Positions 44,901 to 58,692 of a stretch of 64,000 bases of DNA are shown piece by piece. The notes under the pieces were generated by a model that did not search any database, had not been told where the DNA came from, and worked only from the letters and a program-made list of their open reading frames with translations. The stretch lies in NCBI GenBank assembly GCA_000004695.1, contig CM000150.2:32001-96000 (forward strand), in the 5' to 3' direction. Numbering within the stretch: position 1 is the stretch's first letter; every line of letters begins with the position of its first letter. The position numbers were made by a program, and so were the translations under genes. Source of the DNA: Dictyostelium discoideum (lineage: Eukaryota).

Positions 44901-46905
44901 GCATTGTAAAGATACGAGGAGCTGTCGATAGCCCGAACGGCATTGTTTTCCAACGGTAGTGCGAACCTTTCCACACGAAGCGGAATAAGTCTCTGTATTG
45001 TGGATCTACTAATACGTGGAGGTAGGCTTTCTTGATATCGAGTTTTACCATGTAATAACCTTGTTTGACCATTGATGGTAGATTCTTGATTCCTTCCATC
45101 TTGAATGATTGGTTGTTGATGTAAGTGTTTAACCTTTTTAAATCTAGAACTGGACGATGTAGATTCGTTCCAGGTTTTGGAACCGTAAACACGTTGGAGT
45201 AAAAAACGCGCTTTGAATAACGGTTTGGAAGTACTTGTTCGATGGCATCGTCTAATAACAAGTCTTGTACTTCCTTTGTGATGCAATCTGATTTCGGACC
45301 CTCCGGAATTGAAATCGGAATTGGGTTTAGCATCGGCTTGAAATTTGGAAGCAGATGGATTTTTAATCCATTTACGACCTCTTGACAAAAGTTTGGAAGA
45401 CCCAATTCTTTCCAAACTTGTTTGTGGTGGAATAGACGTCCACCTACTGGTAAGTTTACTTCTTGTTCTTCTGAAAACGGTTGTTGGTACCGTTGGCAGA
45501 CTTGGTATTGTTGCTACCTGATGCAACATTACTTGGTGATCCATTGAAGTTGTTAGATCGGCCATTACTCCCACTACTGGATTTACTATTACTACTGTTT
45601 CCTGTAGTGTTATTACCACTTGAGTTAACTAATTTCTTGACATTGGGCTTGGAATGATAATTCAATTTTAACAATGATTGTTTTGCTTCGTTGTTCTTTC
45701 TGATTGACTTGGCTAGCTTTCTTACACGTTCAGTTTCAGTTTCATCAAACATCTTTGGTGTATCCTTGATCTTAATTGGTAAGAGTACTTCAGAACCATA
45801 GATTTCTTTAGCGATGTTGTTACGACGGACACGACTAAGCGATGCTTGAGCATTAACAGCTAAGACGATTGCACTCTGAGTTAAGTAACTAATAAGTTCT
45901 ACATCGACATTAGAGCTATCAGATGATAACATACTTGATATGAGAAGCAAAGGTTTCAAGCTATCGTTGATTCGCTTTTCGACAATCAACAAGTCAGTAT
46001 CATTGTTTTTGACGTTGGATGATACAGTAATACCTTCAGGTGTACCGAATGGAGCGACATTCACTTGGAAGTTAGATGGAAAGTTGAATACTTTATTCAA
46101 TTCGGATATCTCATCTTTCTTGAGGATACATTCTTCTTCGACGAGTAAACCTTGATTGTTTACCATATGTTTGTACTGACCAAGTAAGGTATCGGATAAT
46201 TGATAATCGGTTGGAACATCGACATTGTTACTTGATTCATCTTCACTTTGTTCATTCTCGGTGTCAGAGTTATCATGAGAAGGTTGGCTACTTGAATTGG
46301 TATTAGAAGAGAACATAGGTTCTTTCATGAATCTTGTAAAGGCTAAGGAAAGGTTGTTGATTTGATCTTCCATTGATTTCATTCTTAAATCAAAGGATTC
46401 AGCGCTATTAGAGGCAGAGGTACTACTACTAGAGGCTTCGTTATTATTAACAGTGGTAGACATATTTTATTGTTGATATCTAAAATTATAATATGAGAAA
46501 AAAATAATAATAAAAATTAATAAAGAGAAATAATTATTTGTATAAAATTTGTGTGTGTGTGTATCTTAAATATATATAGGAGGAATTCCCAAATAAAATA
46601 AATCAAATTGTTTTAGTTTTTAGTGCCACTATTTATACGTTTTTATTTTCTTAAAAATTTCGCAAAACTCAAAAAAATAAGAGTTTTCGACCCTTCACAA
46701 ATTTGTGCATAGTGTCGGTTCGGAATTTTTCAGTTTTTCGACCTTGCGCAATTATCGCGTCATTGTGCCGGTTCGAAATTTTTACTTTTCTTTCGAAAAT
46801 TTTTTATTCTTCGAATGTTCTAGAACATTCTAAAAAATTATCTTAAATATTTGGGAAATTCAAATAAATAAATGTTATTCATAATATATATATATATATG
46901 ATAAT
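41927..46905 (-). mobile_element. DIRS-1 copy D8, full length with all three ORFs open (ORF2 42542-45619, ORF3 43507-45405, ORF1 45456-46463); preceded by an extra partial ITR (41927-42085)
   Basis: 335-aa, 632-aa and 1025-aa ORFs open; ITRs 42086-42541 and about 46480-46905. Confidence 0.9.
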
Positions 46906-47049
46906 ATAAACATAAAAATTCCGAACCGACACAATGCACAAAGTTGTGAAGGGTCGAAAACTCTTATTTTTTTTTGAGTTTTGCGAAATTTTTAAGAAAA
47001 TAAAAACGTATAAATAGTGGCACTAAAAACTAAAACAATTTGATTTATT
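46906..47049. repeat. Isolated DIRS ITR fragment
   Basis: ..gaaaaattccgaaccgacac...ctaaaacaatttgatttat matches the ITR core. Confidence 0.7.
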
Positions 47050-47912
47050 TTATTTGGGAAAACTCTTATTTTTTTGTATTTGACCACCTTGGCGATTGAT
47101 GTAAGAGAGAGTGGTAGTATTGTCGGTTTGAATCTTCAGTTTGCAGTTGTTCAGTTTCTGACATAGCGCTTGATAAGCCATTAGCAGCGCGAGCATTTCT
47201 CGACGATTTGACGACATGTTTGATTGAGTTGTTGACCACTGGAATGACCAAGTTTTGATTACCTTGTTTCCTTTCTTGAGTGTGGCACCTGCACCTGATT
47301 CCGAGGCATCGATTGTAAGAACATAGTCGTAGCTTGGAAACAGACTTATTTCTTTTCCATTCCATTGGTTTAGAACTGTTAACCAATGAGAAATCTCTGA
47401 CTTGACCTCTTGAGGAATGGGGAATGATTGATCCCAATCTCCATTGGCTAGAGTCAGACACTGAGAGTGAAACTTGTTTGTTCGACGAGTGTAAAGTCTG
47501 AATGGGATGACTGCATCCTTCAGTGCGATTAGCTTTCCTTTTAAACCAGCAAGCTTTCTTGGGGAGCAACAATCTAGTTTTAAAAAGTTTCTTATTTCCT
47601 TGATGACACTTTTCTTCTTTTCTTTGGGAACAAGAAGCTTCATTGATACCGAATCGATTTGTAATCCGAGAAACGTAATTGATTGAGTTGGTTCGAGAAC
47701 ACTCTTTTCTAGATTTAACTTGAAACCTAGTTTGACAAGTAAGTCCATTGTCTTTTTGAGGTTGGATAAACATTCTTCTTTTGTTGAACCGACGATCAAT
47801 AGATCGTCCAAGTAAGCGATGACGGATACGTTGATATCTCTCAACATTCGAAGTACAGGTCTTAACAGCATTGTAAATATACGAGGAGCTGTCGATAACC
47901 CGAACGGCATTT
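47050..47912 (-). mobile_element. DIRS-1 internal fragment D9 (RT/RNase H part of ORF3 only)
   Basis: ORF 47050-47910 MPFGLSTAPRIF...TDNTTTLSYINRQGGQIQ. Confidence 0.8.
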
Positions 47913-48340
47913 ATATTATCATATATATATATATATTATGAATAACATTTATTTATTTGAATTTCCCAAATATTTAAGATAATTTTTTAGAATGTTCTAG
48001 AGTTTTGCCAAATTTTTTAGTGCCACTATTTATACGTTTTTATTTTCTTAAAAATTTCGCAAAACTCAAAAAAATAAGTGTTTTCGACCCTTCACAACTT
48101 TGTGCATAGTGTCGGTTCGGAATTTTTCAGTTTTTCGACCTTGCGCAATGATCGCGTCATTGTGCCGGTTCGAAATTTTTACTTTTCTTTCGAAAATTTT
48201 TTATTCTTCGAATGTTCTAGAACATTCTAAAAAATTATCTTAAATATTTGGGAAATTCAAATAAATAAATGTTATTCATAATATATATATATATATTTAA
48301 TATAAAATATAATTTAATAAATTAAATTTTTAATTAAAAG
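47913..48340. repeat. Two juxtaposed DIRS ITR fragments in opposite orientations
   Basis: ttatattatcatatat...gaatgttctaga followed by tagtgccactatttatacg...aaatttttaa. Confidence 0.7.
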
Positions 48341-51300
48341 TCCATCTGCTTCCAAATTTCAAGCCGATGCTAAACCCAATTCCGATTTCAATTCCAGAGG
48401 GTCCGAAATCAGATTGCATCACAAAGGAAGTACAAGACTTGTTATTAGACGATGCCATCGAACAAGTACTTCCAAACCGTTTTTCAAAGCGCGTTTTTTA
48501 CTCCAACGTGTTTACGGTTCCAAAACCTGGAACGAATCTACATCGTCCAGTTCTAGATTTAAAAAGGTTAAACACTTACATCAACAACCAATCATTCAAG
48601 ATGGAAGGAATCAAGAATCTACCATCAATGGTCAAACAAGGTTATTACATGGTAAAACTCGATATCAAGAAAGCTTACCTACACGTGTTAGTAGATCCAC
48701 AATACAGACTTATTCCGCTTCGTGTGGAAAGGTTCGCATTACCGTTGGAAAACAATGCCGTTCGGGTTATCTTTACAATGTTGTTAAGACCTGTACTTCG
48801 AATGTTGAGAGATATCAACGTATCCGTCATCGCTTACTTGGACGATCTATTAATCGTCGGTTCAACAAAAGAAGAATGTTTATCCAACCTCAAAAAGACA
48901 ATGGACTTACTTGTCAAACTAGGTTTCAAGTTAAATCTAGAAAAGAGTGTTCTCGAACCAACTCAATCAATTACGTTTCTCGGATTACAAATCGATTCGG
49001 TATCAATGAAGCTTCTTGTTCCCAAAGAAAAGAAGAAAAGTGTCATCAAGGAAATAAGAAACTTTTTAAAACTAGATTGTTGTTCCCCAAGAAAGCTTGC
49101 TGGTTTAAAAGGAAAGCTAATCGCACTGAAGGATGCAGTCATCCCATTCAGACTTTACACTCGTCGAACAAACAAGTTTTACTCTCAATGTCTGACTCTA
49201 GCCAATGGAGATTGGGATCAATCATTCCCCATTCCTCAAGAGGTCAAGTCAGAGATTTCACATTGGTTAACAGTTCTAAACCAATGGAATGGAAAAGAAA
49301 TCAGTCTGTTTCCAAGTTACGACTATGTTCTTACAACCGATGCATGGGAATCAGGTGCAGGTGCCACTCTCAAGAAAGGAAACAAGGTAATCAAAACTTG
49401 GTCATTCCAGTGGTCAACAAATCAATCAAACATGTCGTCAAATCGTCGAGAAATGCTCGCTCTGCTAATGGCCTATCAAGCGCTATGTCGGAAACTGAAC
49501 AACTGCAAGCTGAAGATTCAAACCGACAACACTACCACTCTCTCTTACATCAATCGCCAAGGTGGTCAAATACAAGATCTCTCAGTTCTATTCGAACAAC
49601 TTTGGAAACAATGCCTCAAGAAGAAAGTGAACTTGATTGGAGAGCATATTCCAGGATTCTTCAATGTAAAAGCCGACCACCTCAGTCGTCTTTCAGAGAT
49701 GAATCACAAATCATCGTCCAGAGTAATCAAGAGTTACAACTGGCAACTGAAGAAGGAAGTGTTCAATCGCATCCAACTTCAATTCGGTCAAATACAGATG
49801 GATCTATTCGCATCTCACCTCAACCATCAAACGAACAACTACTCAACAATCAAAATGAATGCACTCCACCTCGATTGGAGTCAATGGAAGCAATGTCTGG
49901 CCTTCCCACCACCCATTCTTTTGCCTTCTATCCTGGAGAAGATGAACTCATCCAGTTCGAAGAAGGTTTCTATAATACTGATCTTCCCAATCTGGAGATC
50001 AGCAACTTGGTATCCGATGATTCAAGCTCAAGTTCCTCGTCATCATCGTCACATGTTTCCTCAAGTATTGGGAACATTCCAAGAAGTATTGACCAAACAA
50101 TCAGTAGAGTCGATACCAATCCAGATTCAACAACGTTGGAAACTGGGGATTATTCAACTTTCCAATCTCATGTAATGTCATTCGCTCGTACAACAAATAC
50201 AAAAACAGCTGAGCTGTTAATGAAGTCTTGGGAACCTTCAACTCTCAAAGTATATAGCTCCAGTTATACAAGATTCCGCAATTTCTGTACTTTGAACTCT
50301 TTGAATCCAGCAAACATTACCTTAGTTGTTTTCATGGATTATCTTACAAATCTGTTCAAGCACAAACCTCCGTTAGCCTTCTCAACAATTAACGGTCATC
50401 GCTCTATGTTGAATCAGTTGTTACTCCTCAGGAATCAAACTGATATTGTTAATGATCCATTCATCACAAGAATTATGACTGGTATTCACAAGTTGCGTCC
50501 TTCATCTGCAAAGTATAAAGAGATATGGGATGCAAACCAAGTATTCAAGCACTTATCTACTATCAAAGTTATCCCTAAGTACACATACACTGCTCTATTA
50601 AACAAGACACTTGTACTCTGTAAAATGTTTGGTTTAGCAAGATCATCAGACTTGGTGAAGTGGTCGTTCAAAGGTCTCATTATTACTCCTGACTCAATCA
50701 AAGGTCCAGTTATCAATGCTAAAGAACAAAGAAGTGGTGTTGTTTCAATCTTAGAATTAACATCGTTAGATGATACAAACTCTCAAGTATGCCCTGTTCG
50801 CCACCTTGCAACATACCTTAGAGCCTCTAAAGGAAGAAGAAAGCCCCATTCGGGTGACTCTGTCTTTATTAAGAATGAGGGTGAACCGCTCCAAGTTAAT
50901 GATATTAACTCAATTGTATTATCAACGCTCTCAAAGTCAGGCATTGATATCGTCAAGTTCAAATCTCACTCTACCCGTTCCGCTATGGCTTCTCTGCTGT
51001 TGTCCAATAATGTTCCGTTCCACATTGTCAAGAAGATGGGTCGTTGGAAATCAAACGATACTGTAGATACCTTCTACGATAAAAGAATCATTGGTGAAAA
51101 ATCTGGTGGTTTCTTAAATACTGTCGTCCAAATTTCATAATATATATATATATATGATAATATAAATTAAAAATTTAATTTATTAAATTATATTTTATAT
51201 TAAATATATATATATATTAGTCCCATCCCACCCGCCCTTAGTCGGAATTCCATAAATCAAATTGTTTTAGTTTTTAGTGCCACTATTTATACGTTTTTAT

Positions 51301-51990
51301 TTTCTTAAAAATTTCGCAAAACTCAAAAAAATAAGAGTTTTCGACCCTTCACAACTTTGTGCATAGTGTCGGTTCGGAATTTTTCAGTTTTTGTAAAAGT
51401 CACTCACACTAATCTTCAATCCATTGTCACATTTGTTCAATCTTAAATCAAACAGTCCAATCTTTAAAGTAATGTATTTTAATATGAAGGATAGAAAGAG
51501 TGAAAGACTAATATCATAAAAGTAAACATACATAAAAGAGATAATTAAAAGTAAGGGCGTTATGAAACTAAACCGAAAAATCAGAATTTTTATTATTTTT
51601 TTAAATTTTAATTTAATTTAATTTTTTTTAATTTAATTTTTTATTTTTTGACTGAAAAAATAAAAAATTAAAAAATAAAAATAAAAATTAAATGAAATAT
51701 TTTTACATGGAGATGCGCGAATTTGTTACGTTGTTGAGCTCATACTAACTTTAAATTAATTTAGTTTTGAGTCTCTAACAGTTTTTCGACCTTGCGCAAT
51801 TATCGCGTCATTGTGCCGGTTCGAAATTTTTACTTTTCTTTCGAAAATTTTTTATTCTTCGAATGTTCTAGAACATTCTAAAAAATTATCTTAAATATTT
51901 GGGAAATTCAAATAAATAAATGTTATTCATAATATATATATATATTTAATATAAAATATAATTTAATAAATTAAATTTTTAATTTTTTGA
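48341..51990 (+). mobile_element. DIRS-1 copy D10, 5'-truncated (starts within ORF3 codon ~14): ORF3 48367-50175 has a small internal rearrangement (~48700-48790); ORF2 48414-51140; right ITR interrupted by a 388-bp insertion (51393-51780)
   Basis: ORF-track 602-aa and 908-aa proteins match the RT/RH and recombinase sequences. Confidence 0.85.
51393..51780. other. 388-bp insertion of unknown identity inside the D10 right ITR, flanked by a 5-6-bp direct duplication (GTTTTT)
   Basis: ITR sequence ..ttcagttttt | insert | gtttttcgaccttgcgc..; the uninterrupted ITR reads ttcagtttttcgacc. No TIRs and no coding potential seen. Confidence 0.4.
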
Positions 51991-54900
51991 GTTTTGCGAA
52001 ATTTTTAAGAAAATAAAAACGTATAAATAGTGGCACAAAAAACTAAAACAATTTGATTTATGGAATTCCGACTAAGGGCGGGTGGGATGGGACTAATATA
52101 TATATATATATTTAATATAAAATATAATTTAATAAATTAAATTTTTAATTTATATTATCATATATATATATATTATGAAATTTGGACGACAGTATTTAAG
52201 AAACCACCAGATTTTTCACCAATGATTCTTTTATCGTAGAAAGTATCTACAGTATCATTTGATTTCCAACGACCCATCTTCTTAACAACGTGGAACGGAA
52301 CGTTATTGGACAACAGCAGAGAAGCCATAGCGGAACGGGTAGAGTGAGATTTGAACTTGACAATATCAATACCTGACTTTGAGAGTGTTGATAGTACAAT
52401 TGAGTTAATATCATTAACTTGGAGCGGTTCACCCTCATTCTTAATAAAGACAGAGTCACCCGAATGGGGCTTTCTTCTTCCTTTAGAGGCTCTAAGGTAT
52501 GTTGCAAGGTGGCGAACAGGGCATACTTGAGAGTTTGTATCATCTAACGATGTTAATTCTAAGATTGAAACAACACCACTTCTTTGTTCTTTAGCATTAA
52601 TAACTGGACCTTTGATTGAGTCAGTACTAATAATGAGACCTTTGAACGACCACTTCACCAAGTCTGATGATCTTGCTAAACCAAACATTTTACAGAGTAC
52701 AAGTGTCTTGTTTAATAGCGCAGTGTATGTGTACTTAGGGATAACTTTGATAGTAGATAAGTGCTTGAATACTTGATTTGCATCCCATATCTCTTTATAC
52801 TTTGCAGATGAAGGACGCAACTTGTGAATACCAGTCATAATTCTTGTGATGAATGGATCATTAACAATATCAGTTTGATTCCTGAGGAGTAACAACTGAT
52901 TCAACATAGAGCGATGACCGTTAATTGTTGAGAAGGCTAACGGAGGTTCGTGTTTGAATAGATGTGTAAGATAATCCATGAAAACAACTAAGGTAATGTT
53001 TGCTGGATTCAAAGAGTTCAAAGTACAGAAATTGCGGAATCTTGTATAACTGGAGCTATATACTTTGAGAGTTGAAGGTTCCCAAGACTTCATTAACAGC
53101 TCAGCTGTTTTTGTATTTGCTGTACGAGCGAAGGACATAACATGAGATTGGAAAGTTGAATAATCCCCAGTTTCCAACGTTGTTGAATCTGGATTGGTAT
53201 CGACTCTACTGATTGTTTGGTCAATACTTCTTGGAATGTTCCCAATACTTGAGGAAACATGTGACGATGATGACGAGGAACTTGTGCTTGAATCATCGGA
53301 TACCAAGTTGCTGATCTCCAGATTGGGAAGACCAGTATTATAGAAACCTTCTTCGAACTGGATGAGTTCATCTTCTCCAGGATAGAAGGCAAAAGAATGG
53401 GTGGTGGGAAGGCCAGACATTGCTTCCATTGACTCCAGTCGAGGTGGAGTGCATTCATTCTGATTGTTGAGTAGTTGTTCGTTTGATGGTTCAGGTGAGA
53501 TGCGAACAGATCCATCTGTATTTGACCGAATTGAAGTTGGATGCGATTGAACACTTCCTTCTTCAGTTGCCAGTTGTAACTCTTGATTACTCTGGTGGAT
53601 GATTTGTTATTCATCTCTGAAAGACGGCTGAGGTGGTCGGCTTTTACATTGAAGAATCCTGGAATATGCTCTCCAATCAAGTTCACTTTCTTCTTGAGGC
53701 ATTGTTTCTAAAGTTGTTCGAACAGAACTGAGAGATCTTGTATTTGACCACCCTGGCGATTGATGTAAGAGAGAGTGGTAGTGTTGTCGGTTTGAATCTT
53801 CAGCTTGCAGTTGTTCAGTTTCCGACATAGCGCTTGATAGGCCATAAGCAGCGCGAGCATTTCTCGACGATTTGACGACATGTTTGATTGATTTGTTGAC
53901 CACTGGAATGACCAAGTTTTGATTACCTTGTTTCCTTTCTTGAGAGTGGCACCTGCACCTGATTCCGAGGCATCGGTTGTAAGAACATAGTCGTAACTTG
54001 GAAACAGACTGATTTCTTTTCCGTTCCATTGGTTTAGAACTGTTAACCAATGCGAAATCTCTGACTTGACCTCTTGGGGAATGGGGAATGATTGATCCCA
54101 ATCTCCATTGGCTAGAGTCAGACATTGAGAGTGAAACTTGTTTGTTCGACGAGTGTAAAGTCTGAATGGGATGACTGCATCCTTCAGTGCGATTAACTTT
54201 CCTTTTAAACCAGCAAGCTTTCTTGGGGAGCAACAATCTAGTTTTAAAAAGTTTCTTATTTCTTTGATGACACTTTTCTTCTTTTCTTTGGGAACAAGAA
54301 GCTTCATTGATACCGAATCGATTTGTAATCCGAGAAAAGTAATTGATTGAGTTGGTTCGAGAACACTCTTTTTTAAGTTTAACTTGAAGCCTAGTTTGAC
54401 AAGTAAGTCCATTGTCTTTTTGAGGTTGGATAAACATTCTTCTTTTGTTGAACCGACGATTAATAGATCGTCCAAGTAAGCGATGACGGATACGTTGATA
54501 TCTCTCAACATTCGAAGTACAGGTCTTAACAGCATTGTAAAGATACGAGGAGCTGTCGATAACCCGAACGGCATTGTTTTCCAACGGTAGTGCGAACCTT
54601 TCCACACGAAGCGGAATAAGTCTCTGTATTGTGGATCTACTAACACGTGGAGGTAGGCTTTCTTGATATCGAGTTTTACCATGTAATAACCTTGTTTGAC
54701 CATTGATGGTAGATTCTTGATTCCTTCCATCTTGAATGATTGGTTGTTGATGTAAGTGTTTAACCTTTTTAAATCTAGAACTGGACGATGTAGATTCGTT
54801 CCAGGTTTTGGAACCGTAAACACGTTGGAGTAAAAAACGCGCTTTGAATAACAGTTTGGAAGTACTTGTTCGATAGCATCGTCTAATAACAAGTCTTGTA

Positions 54901-57290
54901 CTTCCTTTGTGATGCAATCTGATTTCGGACCCTCTGGAATTGAAATCGGAATTGGGTTTAGCATCGGCTTGAAATTTGGAAGCAGATGGACTTTTAATCC
55001 ATTTACAACCTCTTGACAAAAGTTTAGAAGACCCAATTCTTTCCAAACTTGTTTGTGGTGGAACAGACGTCCACCTACTGGTAAGTTTACTTCTTGTTCT
55101 TCTGAAAACGGTTGTTGGTACCGTTGGCAGACTTTGTATTGTTGCTACCTGATGCAACAATACTTGGTGATCCATTGAAGTTGTTAGATCGGCCATTACT
55201 CCCACTACTGGATTTACCATTACTACTGTTTCCTGTAGTGTTATTACCACTTGAGTTAACTGATTTCTTGACATTGGACTTGGAATGATAATTCAATTTT
55301 AACAATGATTGTTTAGCTTCGTTGTTCTTTCTGATTGACTTGGCTAGCTTTCTTACACGTTCAGTTTCAGTTTCATCAAACATCTTTGGTGTATCCTTGA
55401 TCTTAATTCGTAAGAGTACTTCAGAACCATAAATTTCTTTAGCGATGTTGTTACGACGGACACGACTAAGCGATGCTTGAGCATTAACGGCTAAGACGAT
55501 TGCACTCTGAGTTAAATAACTAATAAGTTCTAAATCGACATTAGAGCTATCAGATGATAACATACTTGACATGAGAAGCAAAGGTTTTAAGCTATCGTTG
55601 ATTCGCTTTTCGACAATCAACAAGTCAGTATCATTGTTCTTGACGTTGGATGATACAGTAATACCTTCAGGTGTACCGAATGGAGCGACATTCACTTGGA
55701 AGTTAGATGGAAAGTTGAATACTTTATTCAATTCGGATATCTCATCTTTCTTGAGGATACATTCTTCTTCGACGAATAAACCTTGATTGTTAACCATATG
55801 TTTGTACTGACCAAGTAAAGTATCGGATAATTGATAATCGGTTGGAAAATCGACATTCACAGCAAAGAAAAAACCACCTTTAAATTCGCTTTAAATTAAA
55901 TTTAAATTTGCTTTAAAGTCCTGAATTAAAGCAATTTTAAAGGTAATTTTAAAGGTAATTTTTAAAGGTTACTTAAAATCACCTTAAAAAATTACATTAA
56001 AATTACCTTTTTAATGGCTTTAAAAGCGAGGTCCTGAGTTCGAATCCGTTATTTAACGGATAAATTTTTTAAAATTTTTTTTTTAATTTTTCAAAAATTA
56101 CCCAAAAGGGATTCGATCCCCCGACCCTCTATCAAAGGGTAGTCTCATCAACCATTACACCATTTGATTGCTTTGATGAAAAATTTAAAAATGATAGAAT
56201 ATTTTATCCCCATTTTTTTGTGCTAAAATTAGATCTTTTTTATTAAAAACCTTAAATTTATGTTTAAAGGAAATTTAAATTCACTTTAAATCTACTTTTA
56301 ATCTACTTTAAATCCTATTTAAAATTAATTTAAAATAAATTTTAAAGGTATTTTTAAATATCTTAAAAATTATCTTAAAAATTACCTTAAAAATCACCTT
56401 TAAAATCACCTTTAAAATCACCTTTAAAATTGCTTAAAAATTTATTTTAAAGCAAATTTTAAAGGCATTTTTAAATATCTTAAAAATTACCTTAAAAATT
56501 ACCTTAAAAATGAATTTTTTAAACGCGGCTTTAAATTCAATTTAAATCCAATTTAAATCAACTTTTCTTTAAATTTGCTTTAAAGGTGCATTTTTCTTTG
56601 CTGTGTTGTTACTTGATTCATCTTCACTTTGTTCATTCTCAGTGTCAGAGTCATCATGAGAAGGTTGGCTACGTGAATTGGTATTAGATGAGAACATAGG
56701 TTCTTTCATGAATCTAGTAAAGGCTAAGGAAAGGTTGTTGATTTGATCCTCCATTGACTTCATTCTTAAATCAAAGGATTCAGCACTATTAGAGGCAGAG
56801 GTATTGCTACTAGAGGCTTCATTATTATTAACAGTGGTAGACATATTTTATTGTTGATATCTAAAATTATAATATGAGAAAAATAATAATATTAAAAATT
56901 AATAAAGAGAAATAATTATTTGTATAAAATTTGTGTGTGTGTGTATCTTAAATATATATAGGAGGAATTCCCAAATAAAATAAATCGAATTGTTTTAGTT
57001 TTTAGTGCCACTATTTATACGTTTTTATTTTCTTAAAAATTTCGCAAAACTCAAAAAAATAAGAGTTTTCGACCCTTCACAACTTTGTGCATAGTGTCGG
57101 TTCGAAATTTTTCAGTTTTTCGACCTTACACAATGATCGCGTCATTGTGCCGGTTCGAAATTTTTACTTTTCTTTCGAAAATTTTTTATTCTTCGAATGT
57201 TCTAGAACATTCTAAAAAATTATCTTAAATATTTGGGAAATTCAAATAAATAAATGTTATTCATAATATATATATATATATGATAATATA
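51991..57290 (-). mobile_element. DIRS-1 copy D11, full-length-derived: recombinase C-terminus 52173-53429, frameshifted ORF3 pieces (53093-55036), ORF1 split by a MITE-like insertion, left ITR about 56870-57290
   Basis: ORF1 residues 79-335 at 55087-55857 and residues 1-78 at 56606-56844, separated by the 748-bp element. Confidence 0.85.
55858..56605 (-). mobile_element. Complete MITE-like nonautonomous element (748 bp) with ~15-bp TIR CACAGCAAAGAAAAA / TTTTTCTTTGCTGTG, internal GGTGATTTTAAA-type repeats and a tRNA-like module (about 56040-56180), inserted into DIRS ORF1 codon ~79
   Basis: Uninterrupted ORF1 reads ..atcgacattgttacttg.. (e.g. 17780-17800). Here atcgacatt + element + ttgttacttg, an apparent 2-bp (TT) duplication. 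Confidence 0.7.
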
Positions 57291-58640
57291 AAACAGCTGA
57301 GCTGTTAATGAAGTCATGGGAACCTTCCACTCTCAAAGTATATAGCTCCAGTTATACAAGATTCCGCAATTTCTGTACTTTGAACTCTTTGAATCCAGCA
57401 AACATTACCTTAGTTGTTTTCATGGATTATCTTACACATCTGTTCAAACACAAACCTCCGTTTGCCTTCTCAACAATTAACGGTCATCGCTCTATGTTGA
57501 ATCAGTTGTTACTCCTTAGGAATCAAACTGATATTGCTAATGATCCATTCATCACAAGAATTATGACTGGCATTCACAAGTTGCGTCCTTCATCTGCAAA
57601 GTATAAAGAGATATGGGATGCAAATCAAGTATTCAAGCACTTATCTACTATCAAAGTCATCCCCAAGTACACATACACTGCGCTATTAAACAAGACACTT
57701 GTACTCTGTAAAATGTTTGGTTTAGCAAGATCATCAGACTTGGTGAAGTGGTCGTTCAAAGGTCTCATTATTACTACTGACTCAATCAAAGGTCCAGTTA
57801 TTAATGCTAAAGAACAAAGAAGTGGTGTTGTTTCAATCTTAGAATTAACATCTTTAGATGATACAAACTCTCAAGTATGCCCTGTTCGCCACCTTGCAAC
57901 ATACCTTAGAGCCTCTAAAGGAAGAAGAAAGCCCCATTCGGGTGACTCTGTCTTTATTAAGAATGAGGGCTCCAAGTTAATGATATTAACTCAATTGTAT
58001 TATCAACACTCTCAAAGTCAGGTATTGATATTGTCAAGTTCAAATCTCACTCTACCCGTTCCGCTATGGCTTCTCTGCTGTTGTCAAATAACTTTCCGTT
58101 CCACGTTGTCAAGAAGTTGGTTCGTTGGAAATCAAACGATACTGTAGATACCTTCTACGATAAAAGAATCATTGGTGAAAAATCTGGTGGTTTCTTAAAT
58201 ACTGTCGTCCAAATTTCATAATATATATATATATATAATAATATAAATTAAAAATTTAATTTATTAAATTATATTTTATATTAAATATATATATATATAT
58301 TAGTCCCATCCCACTCTCCCTTAGTCGGAATTCCATAAATCAAATTGTTTTAGTTTTTAGTGCCACTATTTATACGTTTTTATTTTCTTAAAAATTTCGC
58401 AAAACTCAAAAAAATAAGTGTTTTCGACCCTTCACAACTTTGTGCATTGTGTCGGTTCGGAATTTTTATGTTTTTCGACCTTGCGCAATGATCGCGTCAT
58501 TGTGCCGGTTCGAAATTTTTACTTTTCTTTCGAAAATTTTTTTATTCTTCGAATGTTCTAGAACATTCTAAAAAATTATCTTAAATATTTGGGAAATTCA
58601 AATAAATAAATGTTATTCATAATATATATATATGATAATA
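57291..58640 (+). mobile_element. DIRS-1 fragment D12: recombinase C-terminal region (57308-58220) with an internal deletion/frameshift near 57970, plus right ITR (58221-58640)
   Basis: ORF 57308-58147 MKSWEPSTLKVYSSSYTRFRNF...; canonical ITR follows the stop. Confidence 0.8.
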
Positions 58641-58692
58641 TAAATGCCGTTCGGGTTATCGACAGCTCCTCGTATCTTTACAATGCTGTTAC

